64,000 nucleotides of DNA from Octopus vulgaris (GCA_951406725.2 OX597843.1:18290001-18354000); one strand, 5' to 3'. Positions 1-12,053 are shown, numbered from the stretch's first letter. Translations and numbers: made by a program. Notes: a model not told the origin generated them from the letters alone.

Positions 1-27
1 ATTATTATTATTATTATTATTATTATT

Positions 28-582
28 GAGTGAGAGAGCAGTTCATGCCATCAAAGTGACACTGGGGTAAAATATACGAGGCCCAATATACCCATCATGA
101 CTACCCGTCTGATAAGGGTACACCAGGCACATGCATCACAACCATATGTGCGCGACATGGTGATCTCATATCAAGATAAACAGCACATGAACCTTGCAGG
201 TGGGGCCCAGTTAGAATTTTCTTCAGGTTGAGTAGCCCATCCAGCTCAAAAGGTCCCTGAATAAGGGTTGTTTTAGGATGTTGAACAAACCACCCATGTT
301 TCCAGAGGTGAATTATTCAAACCCCAAAGAATCCCTCTCAACACATGGCTATGATGCTCCCCCACTACTTCTGCTCGTGATCAGAGATGCACATATCGTC
401 AGCCACTAAGGGACATAATCAACTGGTTAAGGTCAAGTAACTGACAAGCAAATCTGTGGTATTGAGCAGAATATTTGCTGTAGCCCATATTTTATACCAA
501 GACAAAACAATGTACATGATAACACTTCCAATCAGTTAAGATCAGAAGCCATGAGAGCCACTGCCTGGTACTGCATCAGGGC

Positions 583-584
<2 letters not shown>
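28..584 (-). mobile_element. ~560-bp non-coding retroposon-like repeat inserted in (TAA/ATT)n
   Basis: Flanked on both sides by (ATT)n. Homologous copies at 775-1171 and 50458-50937 share approximately the same end and are variably truncated at the other end, as expected for 5'-truncated retroposons. Confidence 0.7.
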
Positions 585-679
<95 letters not shown>

Positions 680-713
680 ATTCAATCGGATGATGATAAC
701 GACGACGACGATG

Positions 714-768
<55 letters not shown>

Positions 769-774
769 GTCAAT

Positions 775-1171
775 GTGTTGAGCATGTCCCTTCGTGGCTG
801 ATGATATATGCATCTCTGATAACAAGCAGAAGTAGTGGGAGAGCATCATAGCCATGTGTTGAGGGGGATTCCTTGGAGTTTGAATAATTCACCTCTGGAA
901 TCATGGGTGTTTCGTTCAACATCCTAAAACAATCCTTATTCAATGACCTTTTGAGCGGGATGGGTTACTCGCTCTGAAGAAAATTCTAACTGGGCCCCAC
1001 CTGCAAGGTCATGTGCTGTATATCTTGATATGAGATCACCATGTCACGCACATATGGTTGTGATGCATGTGCCTGGTGTACCCTTATCAGACAGGTAGTC
1101 ATGATGGGTATATTGGGCCTCGTATATTTTACCCCAGTGTCACTTTGATGGCATGCTCTGCTCGCTCACTC
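775..1171 (+). mobile_element. Truncated inverted copy of the 28-584 element
   Basis: Reverse complement of ~28-425, e.g. cactttgatggcatg vs catgccatcaaagtg and tgggccccacctgcaagg vs ccttgcaggtggggccca. Confidence 0.8.
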
Positions 1172-1173
1172 AA

Positions 1174-1264
<91 letters not shown>

Positions 1265-1277
1265 TTTTATTACAAAA

Positions 1278-1452
1278 GGCGGCGAGCTGGCAGATGCTTT
1301 CGTCCAACTTGACGTTCTGAGTTCAATTCTGCTGAGGTCGACTTATGCCTTTTATTCATTCGGGGTCAATAAATTAAGTACTAGTGAAATACTGGGGTCG
1401 ATGTAATCGACTACCAGCTTCCCCAAATTTCAGACTTTGTAGAGTAGAAAAG
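1278..1452 (+). mobile_element. tRNA-derived SINE (family abundant in this window)
   Basis: ggcggcgagctggcaga head, B-box-like gagttcaattc, and a central gcctt..tcggggtcaataaattaagtac motif shared with many copies. Confidence 0.7.
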
Positions 1453-1846
1453 ATTATTATTACTATTATTAATATGGTTTTGGTATTATTTTTGTGTTTG
1501 TGTGTTGCGTTGAAAGCATGCTGTGTGCTGTAGTTTATATCTTTTTATTAATCAAGTTTGTCATATCTTCTTACGAGACCATTTTGACGGTAATATATAA
1601 ACCTAAAGATCAAAGTTTCAAATTTATTTTGCTCACATACAAAGAAGAGACAATGCACGCCAATAGTACTTCATCATGAAGATGAGACTACGAATTTCTA
1701 AAGTGCAAGGAACTCATACGAAAATATGAGAGATTACATTAAATGTTTTAAAAATTAACTGTTCTACATCTCTCTCTCTTTCTCACTCTCTCCCAGTTCA
1801 TCTATCTATCTTACCTTGTGTACGTGTGCCCTTGTATGTGTGTGCG

Positions 1847-1906
<60 letters not shown>

Positions 1907-2125
1907 CGCGCGTATGTCAGAATGTGTGTATTTGTTTCTGTGTGTTTCTGGATCGCTAAAAATATTTTAGTCACGAATGTACATTATAAATTGCAAGTAA
2001 GAAAATGTCTCTTCGTTTCGTTTGAGATCAAACTCGCTTCACCTTAACGCCTCTGTGACACTTCATTTTATTGCATGAACATTTGACAAATATATGTTCT
2101 TCATTGCCTTTCTGTTTCTTTGTAG

Positions 2126-2505
2126 CTGTTGGCTATCTGAGCACCACTTTTATGCTAGTTTCCTGGCTCCTGTGGTGATAATTCTCATCTTCAACATTAC
2201 GATTTTCATTCTCATTATCTGGCGCATTATTTTAAAGCAAAGTAACAAGAAACTTGGACACAAAAGAAGAAAAGTACGTGTTGTTGGCTTCGTTGGTTTG
2301 GTTTTCCTTCTGGGACTCACCTGGGTCTTAGCATTCTTTGCTGTTAACGAAGCAACAGAAGTGTTTGAATTCCTCTTTGTAATCTTCAACACTCTTCAAG
2401 GAACGTTTATCTTTATATTTTATTGTGTATGCAAGAAGGACACCAGAGATGTCATCATAAAGTATGTAACTACACGAAAGAGAAAGACATTCCACATCGG
2501 CAGAA
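2126..2505 (+). CDS. Adhesion/secretin-family (7tm_2) GPCR, internal exon encoding ECL2-TM5-TM6-TM7-helix 8
   Basis: Translation CWLSEHHFYASFLAPVVIILIFNITIF...LLGLTWVLAFF...LFVIFNTLQGTFIFIFYC carries class B2 motifs (CW, P...N, LLGLTW, FNxLQG). Acceptor ttctttgtag ends at 2125; donor AA|GTAAGG at 2506. Confidence 0.9.
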
Positions 2506-2654
2506 GTAAGGAGGATTTGTTTTTGTGTTTCTTTATTCATTCCGCCATCAAAATTCACAACAATATTGACGGGGATTATCACTAAAATTATTTCCAGCAA
2601 CGCTGTCACTTTTTGACCGATAGACGTCATCAAAAACATCAAAACCGTTGTCGT

Positions 2655-2657
<3 letters not shown>

Positions 2658-2700
<43 letters not shown>

Positions 2701-2745
2701 GTCGTCGTCGTCGTCGTCGGCGTCATCGTCGTCGTCGTCGTCGTT

Positions 2746-2778
<33 letters not shown>

Positions 2779-2791
2779 GTCGTCGTCGTCG

Positions 2792-2823
<32 letters not shown>

Positions 2824-2824
2824 G

Positions 2825-2865
<41 letters not shown>

Positions 2866-2890
2866 GTCGTCGTCGTCGTCGTCGTCGTCG

Positions 2891-2922
<32 letters not shown>

Positions 2923-2926
2923 GTCG

Positions 2927-2967
<41 letters not shown>

Positions 2968-3028
2968 ATCATCATCGTCGTCATCATCATCATCATCATC
3001 ATCATCATCAGCATCATCATTATCATCA
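2658..3028. repeat. Compound (CAT)n/(CGT)n microsatellite
   Basis: Alternating blocks of cat and cgt triplets; source of the poly-D/S/H/R ORFs. Confidence 0.95.
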
Positions 3029-3240
3029 TTTTTGTCGTCAGCTGCAACGGCAGAATCTATATATGTTTTCTGTATATATAGGCACATACATATGCACACA
3101 TACATATATACAAATGCATAAATGTATAAATACATACATAGACATAGAAATAAGTGTACAAATGACAAAAATAACACTCAACACATATTTGGTCGTAGTT
3201 ACACGTATTTAATGTGGCAGTATGCCAAACTCTTGTTCTC

Positions 3241-3405
<165 letters not shown>

Positions 3406-3414
3406 GTATGTATA

Positions 3415-4606
3415 TCTGACCTTGCTTTAGTAGCCGAATCACTACCAGAACTAGAGACGAAGTTTAGGGTATTGAAGCAAGATCTAGAATCGAAGGGCCT
3501 TAGGTTTAACCTTGCAAAACCCAAAGTCTTAGTAAGTAGGAAGGTTGACAGACCCCAAATCCCTTCAGGTAGACGGCGATCTTTAGAAAAGGCGTGGATA
3601 GAAACTCCATACGATGTACCCGGTGTAAGCTATGGACACACAAGATGTGCATCAATATCAAAGGAAAGTTAATCGGAAAGATAGTTTTTTTGTGTGTGGC
3701 GGATGCACAGGGGCAACAAACACTAAAGATGTATAGGAAACAGATTCCATCACATACCAGGGGGGAAAGCTAGAAGTAGTTGATAGATTCCGTTACCTAG
3801 GTAACCAAGTCTGTAGTGGGGGTGGTTGCTCTGAGAGTGTAGAAGCTAGAATAAGAATAGCCTGGACAAAGTTCAGGGAGCCCCTACCTCTGCTGGCAGT
3901 TAAGGACCTCTAGCTCAGGATGAAAGGTAGACTGCATGATACGTGTGTGCGAACTAATATGCTACAGGAGTGAAACATGGGTCATTACTGCTGAGGAGAT
4001 GCGTAGGCTTGACAGAAATGAAGGTAGTATGATCCGCTGGATGTGTCTGTGTGCATACACGACAGAGTGTGAGCGCCCTGAGAGAAAAGTTCGATATAAA
4101 AAGCACCAAATGCGGTGTGCAAGAGAGATGCCTGCGCTGATTTGGTCATGTGTTACGTATGGATGAGGACAGCTGTGTGAGGAAGTGCCACACCCCAACT
4201 TCGAAAGGAACCTGTAGACACAGGAAGACATGGGATGAGGTGGTGAAGCATGATCTTCGAACGTTGGGCCTCATGGAGGCAATGACAGGAGACGGAGACC
4301 TTTGGAGATATGCTGTGATTGAGATGCCCCGGCAACTAAAGTGACATCGCAGCTATGGCCGATGCCAGTGTTGCATGACCGGCCCATTTAAAAGTACCCT
4401 TGATGCGTCAGGTGACACATAAAAAGCACCATGTGAATGTGGTCGATGCCAGTGCGCCCTGGCTGGCTCCCGTGCCGGTGGCACGTAGAAAGTACCCACT
4501 ACATTCTAGAATTGGTTGGCATTGGAGCCTGGTGCAGTTGCTGGCCTTCTCTGACTTCAGTTAAACTGTCAAAACCATGCCAGCATGGAAAGCGGACGCT
4601 AAACGA

Positions 4607-4608
<2 letters not shown>
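3415..4608 (+). mobile_element. RTE-clade LINE, 5'-truncated degenerate 3' portion
   Basis: [34 protein letters not shown] (after the RT DD motif), FRYLG, SETW, MIRWMC, WFGHVLRMDEDSCVRKC, RKTWDEVVKHDL. Frameshifted; flanked by (TA)n. Confidence 0.85.
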
Positions 4609-4669
<61 letters not shown>

Positions 4670-4787
4670 AAGAGCGAGAGACGAGGATTGTATGAAAAGC
4701 TTTGGGTCTTCAAGGATTTTGAGCCTTGAAGTCTTGTTTTGTTTTTCTTTGAGGCTCAAGAATTTTCATACACCCCTCGTATATACT

Positions 4788-4848
<61 letters not shown>

Positions 4849-5026
4849 CTTATATGTTTACAAGGGTAAGTCGATAAATGTACACATTTATGTTCTTGTA
4901 ATTTACTAAAACAAAACCCTGGGCTTCAACAAATACAATAATCCATCGACTATCGCGGGTGTTTCCTGCTAAAATCCCTCGCCATGGGTGAATACTCACG
5001 AAGCAGAAACAGTACTGTACTGTATA

Positions 5027-5117
<91 letters not shown>

Positions 5118-5120
5118 TAA

Positions 5121-5204
<84 letters not shown>

Positions 5205-5208
5205 CATC

Positions 5209-5277
<69 letters not shown>

Positions 5278-5984
5278 ATTATTGTAATTTGCATATATTT
5301 ATTTGATTATAAATGCAAAATAACACCACAGAGGAATCGACGTAAGCTTAAAGAATAAACCGCGATCGGTGGACCGTGATATGGCGAGTGATTACTGTGC
5401 ACCAATTTCCAACATAATCTCATTGGCTTTCGATGCCCTTCGTGAAGTTGTCCACCAGCTTACCCCTTGGCACACCTTCAAACCAGATCCCTAATTTCTG
5501 CATTTTAGTGGGGCAAAACTACCAAAAAGAAATAAACTTTCACACCACAAAATCCTTACATAGTTAATACGTGTAGCAAGAGAGTCAAAATTGTGTCAAG
5601 TCGGATACAGTAATGAGTTGAGATTAAAATTGACTTTAGTGATGCAACCAGATAGAATACTGTAAGAGAATGATACAGAGCAAACAATCACCAGACTCGC
5701 CAATGATATTAAACGTGACAAGAGAACACTATTACGAAAATACCTGAATTAACTGATGGAAGGAAATAACAAGGTTGAAAAAACAAAACGAGTCTAATAG
5801 AGAAATCAATATAGAAAGAACAGAGAAAGAAGTCAACGATGTTCAAAGTAAATAGCGACAACAGTTTGTGGATAGAAATTCCCAGTCTGAATTATGTTGA
5901 AGAGAAAGAATAGCCATTAATATAAGAATTGAGGGGATAGGAAGCATATAAACTGAGTATGAAATATAAGAACCCCTCATCAAG

Positions 5985-6420
5985 ATACACAGAGGCTGGC
6001 TCAAGGATCAGGATGCAGAGAAGCTGGCATGGGAGCAGGATACAGGGAGGCGGGTATAGGATAAGGATGCGGAGAGGCTGGAACGGGACCAGGAGGCAGA
6101 AAGCCTGGAATAGGACCAGGAAGCAGAGAGGCTGGCACAGGACCAGGATGCAGAGAGGCTGGTACGGGACCAGGATGCAGTGAGGCTGTCACGGGACCAG
6201 GATGCAGAGAGGCTGGTACGGGACCAGGATGCAGAGAGTCTGGCAAGAGACTAGAATACAGAGAGGATGGTATGAATTTAGGATGTAGAGCATCTGGCAC
6301 AAGACCAGGATGTAAAGAAGCTGGTATTGGATGAGGATGATGAGAGGCTGGCATAGCACCTGGTTGAGGAAAGTTTGGAATGGGACTATGGTGCAGAGAG
6401 GCTGGCATGGGACCAGGATG
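5985..6420 (+). repeat. 27-bp minisatellite (gggaccaggatgcagagaggctggtac)n, degenerate
   Basis: About 15 imperfect tandem copies are visible directly. Confidence 0.85.
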
Positions 6421-6733
6421 TCATGCGACCGCCAGCGATGGAGAGCTCTGGCGGACATGGTCGGCTCCACGTCTCAGGAACCACTTGTTTGCAATGACTC
6501 CAGTCTCATCTAACAGTATCATGAAACCAAGAAAGCAAGGTCATCGAAGGGTTATAGTTTTAGGGAACTTGATTCGGGGCAAAAGGAATTAAATATAAAC
6601 ATTACTCTAAGTATTGGATACTTCATCTTTCGATTATAAGATGTCATATTGGAATGTTATATGTATATATTTGTATATCTATACATGTATGTATATATCT
6701 ATATTTTATATCGTTTTCTCCTTATGTTTCCAG

Positions 6734-6837
6734 GTAGAAGGTCTGGTAATGAGATAGAAGATAGAATAGCAGGTAGAAGGTGTGGTAGAAGGCCTGGTAA
6801 TCAGATAGAAGATGAAACAGCAGAAACAAGGTTTTAA
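6734..6837 (+). CDS. Probable terminal exon of the adhesion GPCR (cytoplasmic tail ending ...ETAETRF*)
   Basis: Polypyrimidine acceptor ttttctccttatgtttccag. Phase 1 matches the donor at 2505 (A+GT = Ser). Stop TAA at 6835-6837, with AATAAA signals downstream (~6850, ~6966, ~7118). Confidence 0.6.
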
Positions 6838-7305
6838 ATGAAAATTGAAAATAAAGAATACCTCCAAGAATCGTCTTTGATCATATTTTTGCATCATAAA
6901 ATCATATTTTCTCTATATATAATATTAAATATATTTCTTGTAAAGAATCTTTATTTGTACCTTTTAATAAAACATTATGCAACCGAGAGACTATAATCCA
7001 TAATAATGTAATCTAAACAGGTTTCAGTGCCTGATTGTTCCTTGGAACATAGAAAAACTGAAAATTTTCTTTCTTACTTTTAATTTTCTTTTACCTCTGA
7101 AATCTTTAAATTTTCTCAATAAAGGATTAAATCTGGTTTACTATTACCTCTTTGTGTTTTTGAAATGAAATACTGTAATACTTCAGTTTAATTTCAAATA
7201 CCGTTTAAAGAAGCAGTAATTGCGTCACTTATTTTCAACATTCCACTAAATCTTCTGGAAAACCTAAATGATGGAAATATTCAGCTGAGAGGATGGAAGT
7301 GCATA

Positions 7306-7524
7306 TATTTCTTTTCTACACTAGGCACAAGGCCCGAATTTTTGGGGGAGGAGACCAGTCGATTAGATCGAGCCCAGTACACAGCTGTTACTTAATTTAT
7401 CGAACCCCAAAAGGATGAAAGGCAAAGTCGACCTCGGCGGAATTTGAACTCAGAATGTAAAGACAGACGAAATACCGGTAAGCATTTCGCCCGGCGGGCT
7501 AACGTTTCTGCCATCTCGCCCCTT
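7306..7524 (-). mobile_element. tRNA-derived SINE
   Basis: Reverse complement reads ggcgagatggcagaaacgttagc...gagttcaaattccgccgaggtcgactttgcctttcatcc; same family as 1278-1452. Confidence 0.8.
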
Positions 7525-7564
7525 CGCGAGTGTAAATATTCCAAGACATGTTGGTGTATGGCTG

Positions 7565-7990
7565 AGATCCATAAACTTAGAGGTTCACCAAAGGAGATCG
7601 ATAAAGTAACTTAGCGGTTCGCCAAAGGTAATCGATAAAGTAACTTAGCGGTTTGCAAAACGAGATCGATAAAATAACTTAACGGGTCGCCAAAGGAGAT
7701 CAATAAAATAACCAAGCGGTTCGCCAAACATAGTCGATAAAATAAATTAGCGGTTCTCCAAAGGTGATCGATAATGTAACTTAGCGGTTCGCAAAACGAG
7801 ACCGATAAAATAACTTAACGGTTCGCCAACTAGATCGATAAAATAACTTAGTGGTTCCCAAACAAGAACGATATAATAACTAAGCGGTTCACTAAATGTG
7901 ATCGATAAAATAACTTAGCGGTTCGACAAAGGAGACGGATAAAATAACTTAGAGGTTCGCCAATGGAGATCGGTAAAATACCTTAGCGTT
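7565..7990 (+). repeat. 34-bp minisatellite (atcgataaaataacttagcggttcgccaaaggag)n
   Basis: About 12 imperfect tandem copies. Confidence 0.9.
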
Positions 7991-8107
7991 TGGCCCTCTC
8001 CTACACGGACTACGTTTAATCCGGCACTTTCGCTAGACATCCACTCCTCCACGGACAACGTTTAATGTGGCACTTTGGCTACACCAACCCCACCTACACG
8101 GCCTACG

Positions 8108-8145
<38 letters not shown>

Positions 8146-8222
8146 GTGAAAAGGAACACACGAGTTGATATATATGAAAAAACAAGTCAAAATAGAAAAT
8201 GCTAAAATAATTTTATAAAGAA

Positions 8223-8270
8223 CATTTCAGTACGGGTTTCGGTCATTTTGATACCTTTTCAACTGTAACG
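8223..8270 (-). ncRNA. Type I hammerhead ribozyme motif, U3-A8 core variant, in a probable PLE pseudo-LTR fragment (~8143-8600)
   Basis: Minus strand: CGUUACAG-UUGAAAA-GGU(aucaaaaug)ACC-GAAA-CCCG-UA-CUGAAAUG. Stem I pairs at 7/8 positions; GUA cleavage triplet. Confidence 0.55.
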
Positions 8271-8944
8271 ATTAAATAATTAAATTTAGAAAAATTAGAA
8301 GAAAAGTTTTTTTAAAGGAATATTTGTATAGTGTTCAGATATAAGTGGCATTCTGCCTTTCTCTGACTCCCTTGTTTGCACTTGTGTGTTCGAGGTCGTT
8401 GTAAATTCTTCGTAGGGTAGAAGAAGAAGGCTGATGAGGAGAGGGGATGGAAAAATTTGGGAGTGCCTTGATTGTTGTATTTTGAATGGTCAGTGACGGC
8501 TAGCAGTTGCAGTTCAATTCAGGAGAATATTTCTATGGAGAGGTTTGTTTATGGAATTTGCGTAGGTGTTTTACTAAAAAGCATTAGTGATAAAGTTAAG
8601 AGGTAGAAGGTGGAGCAGAAGAAGAAGAAGAAGAAGAAGATGACGATGTTGATGATGATGATGATGATGAAGAAGAAGAAGAAGGAGAAGGAGAAGAAGA
8701 AGATGATGATGATGATGGTGGTGATGATGATGACCACGATGATGATGATAATGATGATGATGAAGAAGAAGAAGAGGGGGAAGAAGAAGAAAACAGAGAA
8801 GGGAGAATATGAATGGGTGAAAGTAGTGAGGTGTTGTATGACTTGAAGTTGGCATGTTATGGATTATAGCTGTGATTATATGTTATGGATTATAGCTGTG
8901 GTGGAGATGGAAGATCAGTGTATTTTGGGATTGGATTATTTGGC

Positions 8945-10322
8945 GTCGATGACCTGTCAGCTGGACTTGTGTTCGAAAAACTGCTCCAGTGCCGTGTGAG
9001 CGATCCATTTGATGGCTGCCTGGGGCTGGTGGAGCCCGACACACAATGCAAAATGAAAGCTGGAGTGACGGTCGGAAGAACCCTGGTAGAGGCAGGAGCT
9101 GATGAAGTACTGGTTGTGGTAGCCAATTTCTCGAGAGTGGCACAGAAGATTTGTAAAGGACAAATCGTGGGACTGTGCCAGGCAGTGGACCAGTAGCAGG
9201 GTCAGTTGCGTAACTGCAGGAGTGTAGTTGAAGGAGGTGGTGCTCTGGCTGTGCGTTTACAAGATCTGCTCGCACGGAGTCGCCAGTGCTTAGATGGCGC
9301 TCAGGTGTTGCGGTTGAGGAAGCTACTAGCGAGGTACGTTGATGTGTTCTCTGCAGGAGATCTAGACCTTGGTTGCACGGACCTAGTGGAGCACGATATC
9401 GACACGGGCGGCCACCGCCTAATCAAGCAGCCAGCTCGGAGGATGGCCCCAGTTCAGCGACAGGAAATGGAGGAAGCGATGGAGGAATATCGACGACAGG
9501 GAGTAGTGGAAATGTCGAACAGTCCCTCGTCATCAGCCATTGTTTTAGTGCGGAAGAAAGACGGCACAGTGAGATGCTGCGTGGATTACAGAGCGCTCAA
9601 TGAAGTGACAGTTAAGGATGCGTATCCTCTGGCGAGAATTGACGAAACGTTTGATGCCTTGGTGGGGACTCGGTGGTTCTCTACACTGGATATGAAAGCT
9701 GGATACAATGAAATCAAAGTTGCCGTAAAAGATAGGGAAAAGACTGCATTTTCGTACGGACGGGGTGTGTGGAAGTTCAACGTGATGCCATTCGGCTTGT
9801 GTAACGCCCCTGCAACTTTCGAGCATCTTTTGGATCGGGTACTGCAGGGCCTACACTGGCAGGCCGCCCTTAACTATCTGGATGACGTCATAGTGTCTGG
9901 TCGAACGTTTGATCAAGAACTAGAGAGTTTATCGGGCGTATTCGAGAGGTTTCGAACTGAAAACCTCAAGTTGAAACCGAAGAAGTGCTGCCTGTTCCAG
10001 AAGTAAGATACCTGGGAAATATTGTGGGCGAAGACGGTGTCCGTACTGACCCAGAGAATGTGGCCGCCGCGAAGGATTGACCGTTCCTTACTTGTGTAAA
10101 GGAGTTGAAGAGTTTCTTCGGACTGTGCTCCTATTACAGGCGCTTTGCAACAATGGCTGCATCGTTGCACAAGCTACTGGGGAAGATCCAAAATTTTGAG
10201 AGGACTGCCGTGACAGAAGGCGCTTTTGACGGACACAAACAGGCGCTAGTGAGTTTTCCGGTGTTGCCGTACCCGGACCTAAGCAAGCCTTTCATACTGA
10301 GCTGTGACGCCAGTAGCCGAGG
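8945..10322 (+). mobile_element. Ty3/Gypsy LTR-retrotransposon pol fragment (RT, start of RNase H), pseudogenised
   Basis: VEHDIDTG, SPSSSAIVLVRKKDGTVRCCVDYRALN, FSTLDMKAGY, KTAFS, VMPFGLCNAPATF, YLDD, SFFGLCSYYRRF, FILSCDAS. Stops and frameshifts; no LTRs seen. Confidence 0.92.
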
Positions 10323-11017
10323 TAGCATCTCACGCACAGAAGCCAGATGCAAGACCCAGTTTCCTTCTCTAGTAGCACGTGTGAATCGAAACAGTAGGCA
10401 GACCAGGTCAATGTAAGAGTCCCAAAAGGCTGCCAGTTTACTTTGGCCCAACTTGCAGAACTCATCAAATAATTCCAAAAGATGTGTGAACTCTGGTGCC
10501 AACAACATGTTATTGAAGTTTTCTGAAGTGACCTCACTGCTGACATTATCCATTGCTGCCCAAGCGGGTTGGAGTAAATGAGCATGGTTCTTCTGTGTCC
10601 ATTTATAGAAGGCTTTGATTCTCAGACGCTGCATAGCTTCCATGACAACTTTGTGTGCTCGTATGGTGCGATTGTATTACCGACTCTCAAGCACTGCAGG
10701 AATTGAACCAGGAGCAACGATACCAGCTTCGACGACCATATCTGACAGTCTTCAGTCACCAAACTTCTTTCCAGGATTGCAAGGAACATCATCATAGTGT
10801 GAAAGGCCCCCAATCTGAGGATGACACGGGAGAACTCTTCTGGCTTTTTCCATACAATTTCTTGAGCTTTTGCATACACAGCAAGGTCCGTTACGCTTAT
10901 GACTTCTTCCTGACCCAATTGTTGTCCCATTTCAACAGACCTCTTAAGAGGAGTGTACACAGAAGACAGCTCAGGAGGTGACGCTTCGATAACCAGGCAG
11001 TAACCAATTGTGTACAT
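10323..11017 (-). mobile_element. DNA-transposon transposase fragment, Academ-like
   Basis: DLAVYAKAQEIVW..PEEFSRVILRLGAFHTMMMFL...YNRTIRAHKV...FWDSYIDLV.LLFRFTRATREGNWVLHL. Motifs recalled from Academ-type invertebrate transposases; frameshifted. Confidence 0.6.
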
Positions 11018-11018
11018 A

Positions 11019-11767
11019 TAGACAGAGGGCCAAATAAATAAGGGTCTTATTCATTGAGATGGTCCCCTCCCCACTGCAAATTTAGTTTATTGCTAACACG
11101 TTATTCCTGGGTTTATGTGATGACATTTTCACTTGCTTGGCTTCCTCTCATTGAAATACATAAAACAAGCCCCAAAAGCTAAAAATAAATGCTAAGACAC
11201 CCTTCATTATCGAGATTTATCGAAATCATCCATTTTGTCCTCATTGTGGATAGGGTAGGAAATTTCTTACAAAATCATTATTATTGAAGATAGCAGACTC
11301 AAATTTCATATGGAAGAGTAGAAAAACACAGTAAATAGAACTATTAAGTTTAACTTAATGAATATTAAATTAATTGCAAAAGAAAATGGAATGATAGTCA
11401 ATATTCTGTGAAGAAACATAAAAAAACGGGCGTTTTTTCAGACAAATTGGTGAGATTTTCCAATTGTGGGCAATGGAAGATGAAACTTTCACCATGGGTA
11501 TGGTAAAGAGGTATATTTCCTTCATTTCAGTGACATCTAAGGAGTTAATAGACAAATATTTCCAATGGTTACCTGTGTATCACATATTTCCACATTTTAT
11601 AGCTTCGGTTTTTCTAATTACCTGACAGGTTGTGCGAATGACAACAAGTGAAAATGTCATCCCCATAGACCCAGGAAAAATGTGGTACCATCAAACTAAA
11701 GTTGCAGGGGCGCGGGGGGGGGAGGGTGCAACCAAAGTGCACATTTCTGGATCTGGCCCACCGACTA
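11019..11767. mobile_element. Non-autonomous TIR element with TAG...CTA termini
   Basis: Imperfect terminal inverted repeats (tagacagagggccaaat / atctggcccaccgacta) plus ~70-bp subterminal inverted repeats (11075-11155 vs 11643-11710). Confidence 0.55.
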
Positions 11768-11927
11768 TGAGGATATTGCTTACAATGATATCATGTTGCA
11801 ATCATGCGTAAAAAAACCCATAAGGTAAAGAATCATTAGTTAATAATTAAAGGTCCTACAAGCAGCACCAGCATGCTAAAATAACAACACAAAGAGAGAG
11901 GGAGAAAGAGAGAGAGAGAGGGAGAGT

Positions 11928-11979
<52 letters not shown>

Positions 11980-12053
11980 GAGAAACAGAGAGAGATAATC
12001 AGAAAAATAATTAGATAGGTAAACAGATAGAACGGTCTATAGATAAATTGATA

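Noticed and set aside
2328-3212. Poly-D/S/H/R/M/T ORFs
   Set aside because: Compound CAT/CGT microsatellite within an intron.
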